NCBI GenBank assembly: GCA_963808625.1
Contig: CAWEHK010000027.1
Span: 1 to 50,264 of the forward strand
DNA length: 50,264 nucleotides
Source: an uncultured delta proteobacterium
Lineage (GTDB): Bacteria; Desulfobacterota; Syntrophobacteria; Syntrophobacterales; Syntrophobacteraceae
Direction of reading: 5' to 3'
A model generated the notes under the pieces. It had not been told where the DNA came from. It did no database searches and saw only the letters and a program-made list of their open reading frames with translations. This document shows positions 30,917 to 39,799 of this stretch, piece after piece. Both the position numbers and the translations under genes were made by a program. Each line of letters begins with the position of its first letter. Within the stretch, counting starts at the first letter, position 1.

Positions 30917-31852
30917 ATGGCTGGAAAGAGATTGACGGTGGCTCTGTTGGCGGGGGGGAAGTCCGCTGAACGCGAGGTTTCCCTGAAGAGCGGCGACCAG
31001 GTTTTCAGGGCGCTCGATAAGGAACGTTACGAGATCCTGCGCTATGATCCGCGCGACGATCTGCTGCGCCTGGCTCAGGACGCCGCTCGCATCGACGTGG
31101 CCTTGATCATCCTCCATGGTCGCCTCGGGGAGGATGGCACGATCCAGGGGTTTCTCGATTTGCTGAATATCCCGTACCAGGGAAGCGGCGTGCTGGGCAG
31201 CGCCCTGGCGATGAACAAGGTCCTCAGCAAACAACTCTACGTGCAGGCAGGACTTCCGACTGCACCCTTTGTCGTGATGGACAGGACCCGGCCGGAAGCG
31301 GCCCCGAGTGTACTCGATCAACTGGGGCTGCCGGTCGTGGTAAAACCGGAGCATGAAGGTTCCAGCATCGGATTGAGCATTGTTCGAGGCGCAGAGCAGT
31401 TTCCCCGAGCCCTTGAAGACGCCTGGCACTTTGATCGTCGCTGCCTGGTCGAGAAGTTTGTTGCCGGCGTGGAAATAACCGGCGGAGTACTAGGTAACGA
31501 CTCCCTGCAGGCGTTGCCCCTGATCGAAATTGTTCCCAGCGCAGGTCATGATTTCTTTGACTATTCTGCCAAATACACTCCCGGCGCTTCAGAAGAAATT
31601 TGTCCCGCCAGGCTCTCTCCGGCACTTACTGCCAAGGCCCAGGATTATGCCGGGCGGGCTCACCAGGCCCTGTGCTGCAGGGGTTACAGCCGCACTGACA
31701 TGATTGTGTCAGGCGATGAGGTCATTGTCCTTGAAACCAACACCATCCCCGGTATGACCCAGACGAGCCTGTTTCCGCAAGCCGCTGCGGTAGCGGGGAT
31801 GTCCTTTGCGACACTCCTGGACCGGCTGATCGAGTTGGCCCTTGAGCAATGA
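30917..31852 (+). CDS. ddl: D-alanine--D-alanine ligase
   Basis: GGKSAEREVSL, LHGRLGEDG, EGSSIG, FFDYSAKY, ETNTIPGMT. Confidence 0.95.
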   Translation: MAGKRLTVALLAGGKSAEREVSLKSGDQVFRALDKERYEILRYDPRDDLLRLAQDAARIDVALIILHGRLGEDGTIQGFLDLLNIPYQGSGVLGSALAMNKVLSKQLYVQAGLPTAPFVVMDRTRPEAAPSVLDQLGLPVVVKPEHEGSSIGLSIVRGAEQFPRALEDAWHFDRRCLVEKFVAGVEITGGVLGNDSLQALPLIEIVPSAGHDFFDYSAKYTPGASEEICPARLSPALTAKAQDYAGRAHQALCCRGYSRTDMIVSGDEVIVLETNTIPGMTQTSLFPQAAAVAGMSFATLLDRLIELALEQ

Positions 31853-31881
31853 AAGGCAGACTACCGCCAGGCCCGATCCTC

Positions 31882-32086
31882 GCAGGCTGTTGAAACAGTG
31901 TCGCCAAGGCGCTGTCCGTCAACCGGTGAAAACCGGAATCCAAGTTCTGCAAGGCTTTCTGGACCCCGGCTTTCGCCGGAGTGACGTTGGGGAGGGTTCT
32001 TCGACACCCTGCTAGGAGTGTTGTTATTGACCGGTCTGGACTATTTCACTCATACGCTGAGGACGTGTTTTTCGACACCCTGCTAG
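31882..32086. mobile_element. MITE-like element with REP doublet and duplicated right end
   Basis: GCAGGCTGTTGAAA left end; TTCGACACCCTGCTAG at both 32000 and 32071; internal CCGGTGAAAACCGGAATCC..CTGGACCCCGGCTTTCGCCGGAGTGAC. Confidence 0.7.
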
Positions 32087-33705
32087 GGAGTGCGGTTATT
32101 GACCCTGGCCAGGACCTGCTTTACCTGGGCAAATTTAGATCGGTAGCCTTCGGTGAGCAACTGCAGGAGTGAGCTTTCAACCGGCTTCTCGGTGTCAATC
32201 CTGACGAGGGTCTCTTCGGGTACTTCGCTGATGGGTTCGAAAGCCTTCACCATATCGGTCAGATGCTGGAGGCGCGCGTCGGAAATGTTTTCACTCTGTT
32301 CGCGCTGTCCGAGTCTCTCCCTGATGATTTCCTTCGCACACACGCATTCCACAAAAATGAGGTTGGTATCCAGGTCCGCTGCCAATTGCCCGGCTTCTTC
32401 CCGCCATTTGGCCTGGGAAAAAGTCGCATCGAGGATCGCGGAATGGCCTTTTTTGAGTTCCTCCTGCGCCAAGGCCAGCATTCGCGCATAGACCCGCTGT
32501 CGCATGGCGGTGCGGTAGATCCCCTGGTCAAACGGCACGACTTCTTCCTCAAGGGCAAGATGATGCCTTCCTTCCTTCCGAATCCGGTCAGACTGGAAGA
32601 GGCCCAGAGACAGGGCCTCGGCGAGCCTTTCCGCCAGTGCCGATTTTCCCGTTGCCGGAAGGCCGCAAAACACCCACAGCGTCGGGCGGCCAAACTGGAG
32701 GGCGTAGCGGTAGGCCTGTCGCAGATAGTCCCACGCGCTCTTTTTCAAGGCGCGTCGCTCCTCCGGGGCTTCGACTTCCGTTGACCGGAGGCAGGCCACC
32801 TTGACCTTCACGATGGCCCGGTAGGCCGCGTAAAAGTCAAGCAGGGCATAGCATTCATGATCTCCCGAGCGCTCCGTGTAGGCCGACATAATGAGTCTGC
32901 CGGCGTCGGGATAACCCAAAGATTCCAGGTCCATATGGAGAAAAGCCAGGTCGGAGACGACATCACCGTAGCGGAACCGATCATTGAACTCAATGCAGTC
33001 GATAATCTGGATGCCGTCATAAAAATAGACATGCTCGGCACGCAGGTCCCCGTGACCATCGCGGATGCAGCCCTTGCGGAGACGGTTTTCGAAGAGCTTG
33101 CGCCAATTGTGGAAAAACACCCGGCTCACCTCACGGATGAATTCCCATCGCTCACGATCCAGAAACTCATTGGCAAACGGTTCGATCTGCTGAAAATTTT
33201 CCTCCATGTTGAAGGCAATCACTTCGGGATCACCATAGTGGTCAATTTCGGAACTGGTCGCACTGCGGGCATAAAAATCCGCCAAATATCGACCGAGCTG
33301 CTGCATATGCTCTCGGCCGACGGTGCCTTGCCGTAAGAGCTCTATCAGGCTCGCCCCATCCGGCAGTCGCCTCATTTTCACGGCGTATTCCAAGGGCTGC
33401 CCGCCATTGATGAAGAATCGTCCGGTCGCGTCCCGCGAGATGCCCACAACCTGATCATAGACGCCGTGGGTGAGGCGTTGATTTAAGACGACTTCGCGTT
33501 CACAAAAGCGGCGTCTGGCAGCAAGGGTGCGAAAATCGAGGAACCCGAAGTCCACCGGTTTCTTCAGCTTATAGACCCACTCGCCGGCAAGAAACACGGT
33601 CGATATATGAGTCTCCCGGCACTCGACACGGGCTGCGGGATGGGGATAGAAGGCGGGTTCGGCCATGGCGTCGCAAATGTCTTGAAAAATCCCGAGACTT
33701 TCCAT
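32083..33705 (-). CDS. Bifunctional APH-like kinase / AAA_33 P-loop protein
   Basis: ETHIS, YKLKKPVDFGFLDF, HGDL, DCIEFN, GLPATGKS, SDA. Confidence 0.9.
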   Translation of the reverse strand: MESLGIFQDICDAMAEPAFYPHPAARVECRETHISTVFLAGEWVYKLKKPVDFGFLDFRTLAARRRFCEREVVLNQRLTHGVYDQVVGISRDATGRFFINGGQPLEYAVKMRRLPDGASLIELLRQGTVGREHMQQLGRYLADFYARSATSSEIDHYGDPEVIAFNMEENFQQIEPFANEFLDRERWEFIREVSRVFFHNWRKLFENRLRKGCIRDGHGDLRAEHVYFYDGIQIIDCIEFNDRFRYGDVVSDLAFLHMDLESLGYPDAGRLIMSAYTERSGDHECYALLDFYAAYRAIVKVKVACLRSTEVEAPEERRALKKSAWDYLRQAYRYALQFGRPTLWVFCGLPATGKSALAERLAEALSLGLFQSDRIRKEGRHHLALEEEVVPFDQGIYRTAMRQRVYARMLALAQEELKKGHSAILDATFSQAKWREEAGQLAADLDTNLIFVECVCAKEIIRERLGQREQSENISDARLQHLTDMVKAFEPISEVPEETLVRIDTEKPVESSLLQLLTEGYRSKFAQVKQVLARVNNRTP

Positions 33706-33723
33706 GGCTGCTCATCGAAACCG

Positions 33724-34497
33724 TCAGGCAGTGCGCTCGATGCAGGCGTACGCACTGTGGTTGTGGATGGATTCGAAGTTCTCGACGTCTACCAGGAACC
33801 AACAGATGTTCGGATCATTTTTCAAATCAAAAGCGATATCGCGAACGATATCTTCGACGAATTTGGGATTTTCATAGGCTTTTTCGGTGACAAATTTTTC
33901 ATCGGGCCTTTTGAGGACGGAATAGACCTCACACGATGCCGCATATTCCACCATGCGCACCAGGTCTTCGATCCACACAAAGCGCTTGAAGCGCACGGCA
34001 AGCCGCACCATGCCGCGCTGATTGTGCGCGCCGTGGTTGCTGATCTCTTTCGAACAGGGGCACACGGTGGTGATGGGGACATTGACTTCGAGGACAAGGT
34101 CATAGCCGTTTTTCCAGTCCAGCGAAGCGGACACGCGACAGCCGTATTCCATCATCCCGGCCGTTGCGGTAATCGGTGAGTGTTTCTTGACGAAGTACGG
34201 GAAGGTGATTTCGATATGAGCTGATTCCGCCTGGAGCCGGTCCTGCATGGATTCGAGAATGGCCCGGAATTCCCGGATGTCGAGATTGCCGTGGAATTCA
34301 TTCAAAATCTCGATGAAGCGGCTCATGTGGGTGCCTTTGAAGCTCCTGGGCAGGTTGACATACATGTTGATGGAAGCAACCGTGTGCTGTAAGCCGAGGT
34401 CCTTGTCCATCACCGTGATCGGGTAGCGAATGTCTTTGACACCCACCTTGTCCACATTGATATTCCGGTGATCAGTCTGATTCTGGACGTCAATCAT
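33724..34497 (-). CDS. folE2: GTP cyclohydrolase IB
   Basis: KGTHMSRF, CPCSKEIS, HNQRG, KRPDEK, ESIHNH. Confidence 0.95.
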   Translation of the reverse strand: MIDVQNQTDHRNINVDKVGVKDIRYPITVMDKDLGLQHTVASINMYVNLPRSFKGTHMSRFIEILNEFHGNLDIREFRAILESMQDRLQAESAHIEITFPYFVKKHSPITATAGMMEYGCRVSASLDWKNGYDLVLEVNVPITTVCPCSKEISNHGAHNQRGMVRLAVRFKRFVWIEDLVRMVEYAASCEVYSVLKRPDEKFVTEKAYENPKFVEDIVRDIAFDLKNDPNICWFLVDVENFESIHNHSAYACIERTA

Positions 34498-35276
34498 GGA
34501 ATTCTCTTCTTCAGGTCCATTACGTTTTGAGCGATTTCCTTGAAACCTGCAAGCGTCGCTGCCGCCATATCCTCGGGAAAGATGCCGTGAAGGTCGGCTT
34601 CAATGATCTGTTCATCATAGGGAATGAATCCCAGAAAACGGAAATCGGAGAGCGCGTCGCTCAGGAAGTCCCGGTCTTTGCTGCTGCGGATTTTGTTGCC
34701 TGCAAGGAAAACCCTCTGCAACCCGATATCGCTCGCAAGGTCCTTGATTTTCAGCGCGGTGTCGATACTCCGGCGCCCGGGTTCCACCACGACGATCAGG
34801 CAATCGACCGCCTTCGAGGTGGCCCGACCAAGATGTTCGATGCCGGCCTCCATATCCATCACAACCACTTCGTCACGCCGCAAAATGAGGTGCTGCAGGA
34901 GGTTCTTGAGCAAAACGCTCTCCGGGCAGACACATCCCATGCCCCCTTTTTTTACCCCGCCCATGACCATCAACCGGATGCCCTCGCCGATCGTGACTGC
35001 GAGTCTTTCGGGGAGGTCATCCACTTTCGGGTTCATTTTGAAAAACCCCCCGAAGCTTCCCGGAACGGATTCCGTGCGCTCCGCAACGAGGTCCTTCATC
35101 TCGGCGATGGGAACGAGCTCCGAAGCCCCTTGGGTTCCCAGCCCATGGGCCAGATTGGCATCCGGGTCGGCATCGATGGCCAGGACATTTTGTCCCTGAC
35201 CCGCAAACCACCTCACCAGAAAAGCAGAGAGGGTGGTCTTGCCCACCCCACCCTTACCACTGACGGCAATCTTCAA
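34494..35276 (-). CDS. cooC: CooC/AcsF nickel-insertion ATPase
   Basis: KIAVSGKGGVGKT, DADPDANL, GCVCP, DMEAGIEHLGR; TTG start inferred. Confidence 0.9.
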   Translation of the reverse strand: MKIAVSGKGGVGKTTLSAFLVRWFAGQGQNVLAIDADPDANLAHGLGTQGASELVPIAEMKDLVAERTESVPGSFGGFFKMNPKVDDLPERLAVTIGEGIRLMVMGGVKKGGMGCVCPESVLLKNLLQHLILRRDEVVVMDMEAGIEHLGRATSKAVDCLIVVVEPGRRSIDTALKIKDLASDIGLQRVFLAGNKIRSSKDRDFLSDALSDFRFLGFIPYDEQIIEADLHGIFPEDMAAATLAGFKEIAQNVMDLKKRIP

Positions 35277-35386
35277 TTCCTGTCTCCTGTCTTTTAACTC
35301 CCGCTCTCTCTTCTCTTTCTTCCACGAAGTCACACCAAGGACAACGAAGTCACACGAAGAAATCATTTTCTATTCTCACTTCTTGT

Positions 35387-35448
35387 TTGCTACCTACTGC
35401 TTACTACCTACTGCCTACTGCTTACTGCCTACTGCTTACTGCTTACTG
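35387..35448. repeat. Heptamer tandem array (YTACTGC) x8
   Basis: ctactgc/ttactgc units; includes the stop codon of the DUF3786 gene. Confidence 0.85.
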
Positions 35449-36068
35449 GCGATTCCCATCAACCGGTACACCAGCATCCCGCTCAAGACGGCAATATCCT
35501 CGGCTGCCAACGCAGATTTTATGTTCGCATCGAACAGGATACCGGCCTCGGGCGGAAATTCATCATCCCCTTCCCAGAGGACCAGGCGAATGACAATTCG
35601 AGGCAGCACCTGGAAGGCTATACCCACGTCCCCTGCCGCTACCTGTCGGCCGTTGAGGGTTTGCGCACAACGCCGAAAGAGTTCGGGATGCCTCCCAAAA
35701 ATGGCCAGGAACGGGTCTCGTGCGCGGCGCTGGAAAGCGTCGAAGTAGAAATGGCCGTCCGGAATTTGGCGGAAAGTGATCAGTTCACCCGTCGCCGGCT
35801 CCCCCGAAGCATGGAGAAGATAGTGGCAGAGGACTATTTTTTCAGGAAGCGACACTTCCCCATGGTCCCCGGCTCTCTGCACTTCAACCTTTTCGCCTAC
35901 CAGGACAAGATACGGGGTGCCGAAGAAAGGCACGGTGATTGCGCTCTTACCCGCCTCGGGACGCACCATGTCAACGCCGGCGAGCCTTGCCAGCCGGGGG
36001 AGGTCTGCTCCCTTGAGCTCTTCCGAGGCCAGCCGAAAAGATTCTCTGTAATCATCTATGCGTGCCAC
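35436..36068 (-). CDS. DUF3786 family protein
   Basis: ILCHYL-like motif, FRQIPDG..F, LWEGDDEFPPEAGILFD, AEDI. Confidence 0.85.
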   Translation of the reverse strand: MARIDDYRESFRLASEELKGADLPRLARLAGVDMVRPEAGKSAITVPFFGTPYLVLVGEKVEVQRAGDHGEVSLPEKIVLCHYLLHASGEPATGELITFRQIPDGHFYFDAFQRRARDPFLAIFGRHPELFRRCAQTLNGRQVAAGDVGIAFQVLPRIVIRLVLWEGDDEFPPEAGILFDANIKSALAAEDIAVLSGMLVYRLMGIASKQ

Positions 36069-36290
36069 TTTTCTCCTGCACCCTCTCTTTTTCAGTTGCC
36101 CTTCAATACTAACATGTTTACTTTACAAAGCACAAATGATCCGGTAGGTTGAAGCATAGGGCGCGCGATCATGTGGCCCGGTTTCTCGTCACGGCCCTTC
36201 TGGCTTCTGGAAGTGAGTCTGAAACTTAGCAGAAGCTCCCATAGTTCTTGTGCAAGCTCAGAATGTTTCCAGCGAAGGAGAAAATTCCAA

Positions 36291-37058
36291 ATGCGAATCA
36301 GAGTTCTCGGGTCCTCCGGTTCAGAAGTTCCGGGACACAATCCTCCAGCATTTCTGGTTGACGATTTCCTCCTGTTTGATGCCGGGACGGTATCCCTTTC
36401 CCTGGATCGTGAAGCGCAGTGCCAAATCACCCACATCTTCCTGACCCATGCGCACTTCGATCACATCAAAGCGATTCCATTTTTGCTGGATAACATCGTG
36501 TCAAGCGACCAGGGTTGCCAGTTGACTATCTTGAGCGGCAAAGAAGTCCTCGGAGACCTTAAACAAAATATTTTCAACGATAGAATATGGCCGGATTTCA
36601 CCACGCTGCCCAACTCCCGGCGCCCGGCAATGCGGTTTCAGGAAATTTCTCCCGGCGAACCCATTGCGGTGAGGGGCTACCGAGTGTATTCCACAATGGT
36701 GGATCACTGTGTTCCCGCATATGGGTATTTAATCGAAAATTCTTCAAAAGTTGCCATGGTTTACACCGGTGACACCGGCCCTACGGAAAGAATTTGGAAA
36801 CTTATGGGTGAACACCGGGTCAAGGCGCTTATCATCGAGGTCTCATTTCCCGATGAAATGCTTGAGCTGGCGTTGGCTTCCGGGCATCTTACCCCTTCGC
36901 TGCTTGCCGCCGAGATCCGAAAGATGCCGACCCTTCCCGAACACATCTTCGCTACTCACCTTAAGCCCTTCCACAGGGATACCATTAAAAACCAGTTGTT
37001 GAAGCTGAAGCATCCCAACCTAGAGGTCCTTGTGGACGGGATGGAGCTTTCCATTTGA
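36291..37058 (+). CDS. MBL-fold cyclic-nucleotide phosphodiesterase (class II-like)
   Basis: VLGSSG, DAGT, THAHFDH, FNDRIWPDF, GDTG, IEVSFP, GHLTP, HLKP. Confidence 0.85.
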   Translation: MRIRVLGSSGSEVPGHNPPAFLVDDFLLFDAGTVSLSLDREAQCQITHIFLTHAHFDHIKAIPFLLDNIVSSDQGCQLTILSGKEVLGDLKQNIFNDRIWPDFTTLPNSRRPAMRFQEISPGEPIAVRGYRVYSTMVDHCVPAYGYLIENSSKVAMVYTGDTGPTERIWKLMGEHRVKALIIEVSFPDEMLELALASGHLTPSLLAAEIRKMPTLPEHIFATHLKPFHRDTIKNQLLKLKHPNLEVLVDGMELSI

Positions 37059-37110
37059 GGCCTGGGGGGGTAGCTGGGCCTTGAATCCATGGCGATTCCT
37101 GCCCGCTTGC

Positions 37111-37260
37111 CAAGTGCAGCGCCACATCATTGGTATCCATTATCCGCCCGTCATGCCCGCGAAGGCGGGCATCCAGGCTTTTCTTCTGGATTCCCGCCAA
37201 AAGCATGCGGGAATCACGTCCTGGGATTATGGTCACTTTATTCTGTGGTGTTGTATCAAG
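37111..37260. mobile_element. MITE-like element with REP doublet
   Basis: Imperfect ends CAAGTGCAGCGCCACA and TGTGGTGTTGTATCAAG; internal GTCATGCCCGCGAAGGCGGGCATCCAG..CTGGATTCCCGC..GCGGGAATCAC. Confidence 0.6.
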
Positions 37261-37858
37261 ATGCCGCCTGACCGCCTCCAGGTGATTGCCTACGCCTTTT
37301 TTCCAACCACAGCTCGGCAAGTTCGATTTCTATCTCCGGGAAGGGTTCCGTGCGCACCTTGTCATCTTCAGCAAAGAGCCCAAGAACCATCCATCTACCG
37401 GTTTCCAGCCGAAACACGTCCAACGTGTTGGCGAGAGGGTCGATGAGCCAGAGATGAGAGATTCCATGTTGTGCGTAGAGAGGCATTTTCTCAGTCTTGT
37501 CGATTCTCGCGCTGCCGGGTGAGAGGATCTCGCAGACCCAGTCTGGAACAACGGAGATCCAGTTGTGCTCTTCCGACTCGGGGAACCTCTCTTCTCTCCA
37601 TCCTGCCAGATCAGGAACCAGAATGTCTTCCCCCAAAGAAATCTCAGGGTCCATGAGGATGATCCAACCACCAGGCCCGCCACCACCTCCAAAATGATAA
37701 GGGATCAACCTACCTTCAAGGGAAGACGCCGTATATATATGCTTCCTTGATGGACGGGGAGTGACGATGAGTTCACCGTCGATGATTTCTCCGGTCATGT
37801 TCTTCGGAATGTTGAAGAGATCGTCGTATGTGGCTCTTTTCTTTGCGGGTTCCGACAT
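37256..37858 (-). CDS. Uma2-family PD-(D/E)XK endonuclease
   Basis: EIIDGEL, VPDLAGW, PDWVCEILSP, K..LYA..G..HLWLIDP. Confidence 0.92.
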   Translation of the reverse strand: MSEPAKKRATYDDLFNIPKNMTGEIIDGELIVTPRPSRKHIYTASSLEGRLIPYHFGGGGGPGGWIILMDPEISLGEDILVPDLAGWREERFPESEEHNWISVVPDWVCEILSPGSARIDKTEKMPLYAQHGISHLWLIDPLANTLDVFRLETGRWMVLGLFAEDDKVRTEPFPEIEIELAELWLEKRRRQSPGGGQAAS

Positions 37859-37932
37859 CTTATCATAGCTCCGTCATCATGCATACCGGTTAACGTGGAG
37901 TTCTTTCCCTTTGCCAGACCCACCACTTTTTT

Positions 37933-37988
37933 GCAGGAGCGCCTCTTAGCGCGATTTTATCACAGTCGCGGCAAAGTGCCGCTCCTAC
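37933..37988. repeat. REP doublet (GTAGGAGCG type)
   Basis: GCAGGAGCGC..CGCGAT..TCGCG..CGCTCCTAC. Confidence 0.6.
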
Positions 37989-38021
37989 CGAACGCAGATT
38001 TTCAACCTTAACAAGTATAAC

Positions 38022-39170
38022 TCATCTCAACAATTCGCGCGCGATGATCAGGCGCTGGATCTCGCTGGTTCCCTCATAGATCGTGGTCACACGCACATCG
38101 CGGTAATGGCGCTCGAGGGGGAATTCCTGAGTGTAGCCGTAGCCGCCGAGAATCTGCATGGCGTCGTAACAGGCCCTGTTGGCTGCTTCCGTGGCGTAGA
38201 GCTTGGCCATGGAGGCTTCCTTGGCGAAATATTTCTTCTCGTCCTTCAGGTACGCCGCTCGCAGGAGCAACAAACGCGCCGCGTCAAGACGTGTATAGTT
38301 GTCCGCAATCATCCATTGAATGGCCTGATGATCGGCGATGGGGACGTCGAATTGCACGCGGTCTTTGGCGTAGTCGGTGGCGAAATCCATGGCGGCGAGT
38401 CCGATGCCGAGGGCCATCGAGCCGATGCCGATCCGCCCGCCCGACAGTTCCGACACCGCAATGCGGAGACCATCGTTTAGAGTACCCAGGAGATTTTCCT
38501 GCGGCACCCGGCAATCCTGAAAGTACAGATCATTGGCCGGCGAGGCCAATTGCCCGAGCTTCTTTTCATCCTTACCTACCCAAAAGCCCGGGAACGATCG
38601 CTCCACCAGGAAAGCGCTGAGGCCTTTGCCCTTGGGGGCCGCCTTATCCGTCACCGCCCATACCACAAAGAGGTCGGCAAATTCGGCGCTGGTAATGAAA
38701 ATCTTGTGTCCGTTCAGCACCCAATGATCGCCGTCCCGGGCTGCGCTCATGCGCATCGCCGCCGGGTCCGACCCGGCCGCAGTCTCAGTCAGCCCGAAAC
38801 TGCCGGCAATAAACTCCCCGCTGCAAAGGGGCGGAAGGTGCTTCGCTTTCTGTTGCTCGTTGCCGAACGCGTGGATCACTTCCGCAACCATGTTGGTGAC
38901 CGCAATGGTCACCGCCGTCGACGCGCAACCGCGACCCAGTTCCGTCATCACCAGCGAATAGGCCACGGCCCCCGCCCCGGTCCCGCCGTAATCGGGGTCG
39001 ATATTGAGGCCCATAAAGCCCAGTTCCGCGAGCTGCTTCGTGATGCTTTTCAGCCGTTCACGGTCTTTGGTCTGGTCCATTTTTGCGGCGCTCGGGGCCA
39101 ATTCGAGCTTGGCAAACTTGGCGGCGGTGGCCTGAATGATTCTTTGCTCCTGGGTCAGTTCAAAGTCCAT
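38022..39170 (-). CDS. Acyl-CoA dehydrogenase
   Basis: [28 protein letters not shown]. Confidence 0.93.
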   Translation of the reverse strand: MDFELTQEQRIIQATAAKFAKLELAPSAAKMDQTKDRERLKSITKQLAELGFMGLNIDPDYGGTGAGAVAYSLVMTELGRGCASTAVTIAVTNMVAEVIHAFGNEQQKAKHLPPLCSGEFIAGSFGLTETAAGSDPAAMRMSAARDGDHWVLNGHKIFITSAEFADLFVVWAVTDKAAPKGKGLSAFLVERSFPGFWVGKDEKKLGQLASPANDLYFQDCRVPQENLLGTLNDGLRIAVSELSGGRIGIGSMALGIGLAAMDFATDYAKDRVQFDVPIADHQAIQWMIADNYTRLDAARLLLLRAAYLKDEKKYFAKEASMAKLYATEAANRACYDAMQILGGYGYTQEFPLERHYRDVRVTTIYEGTSEIQRLIIARELLR

Positions 39171-39406
39171 CTCGTCCCATCCTGCCTGAAAGGCCAAAAA
39201 ATAAAGGTATAGTTGCGCTACGATGGTCAAACCGCCAAGAAGCGATCTGTCGGACAACCGCTTGGCACCACGGGAGAATTTTACTCGGTGTTCAGCAATA
39301 TTTCGAGCAAGCAGATGATAATCGAAGACTTAAAAGCAGGGCAGAGGAGCACTGGTCTTCATTTGAAGCGCCTAAAGCACTTGGGCGGAAATCGGTAGCG
39401 CGTTCC

Positions 39407-39480
39407 GGTGGGCACGGTGAAGCTGTGCCCACCCTACAGTGTTCCCGGTCCTGTAGGGTGGGCAGGTCTCTTTGCCCACC
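39407..39480. repeat. Pair of GTAG-type REPs
   Basis: GGTGGGCAC..GTGCCCACCCTAC and GTAGGGTGGGCA..TGCCCACC. Confidence 0.75.
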
Positions 39481-39511
39481 GGAAAAATGCGCGAACTCAT
39501 GCCCTTGTGTA

Positions 39512-39799
39512 CTAGCCGTAGCGGAAGGTGATCCCAAAGCCGCCGCGTGGGTACTTCCAGGTGATCGCAATGGTTGCCTGGGGACAAACCACCCGACAGG
39601 TCCCACATTCCAGGCAGCCGGCGTAATCAAAGCTGATTTCGCCTTCCTTCACGACGTAAAGCCCGGCCGGGCAGGCATAGGTGCAGGGCTTGGGCTGGCA
39701 CCGTGCACAAACGCTCTTGTCGAGAACGATGTGAGCCTCATCATCATCCACGGCGAATTTATCAATCCCCAGCAGCTGCTCAATGCTCAAGCGCTTCAC
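39512..39799 (-). CDS. fixX: FixX-like ferredoxin
   Basis: CPAGLY, DYAGCLECGTCRVVC, WKYPRGGFGI. Confidence 0.9.
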   Translation of the reverse strand: MKRLSIEQLLGIDKFAVDDDEAHIVLDKSVCARCQPKPCTYACPAGLYVVKEGEISFDYAGCLECGTCRVVCPQATIAITWKYPRGGFGITFRYG

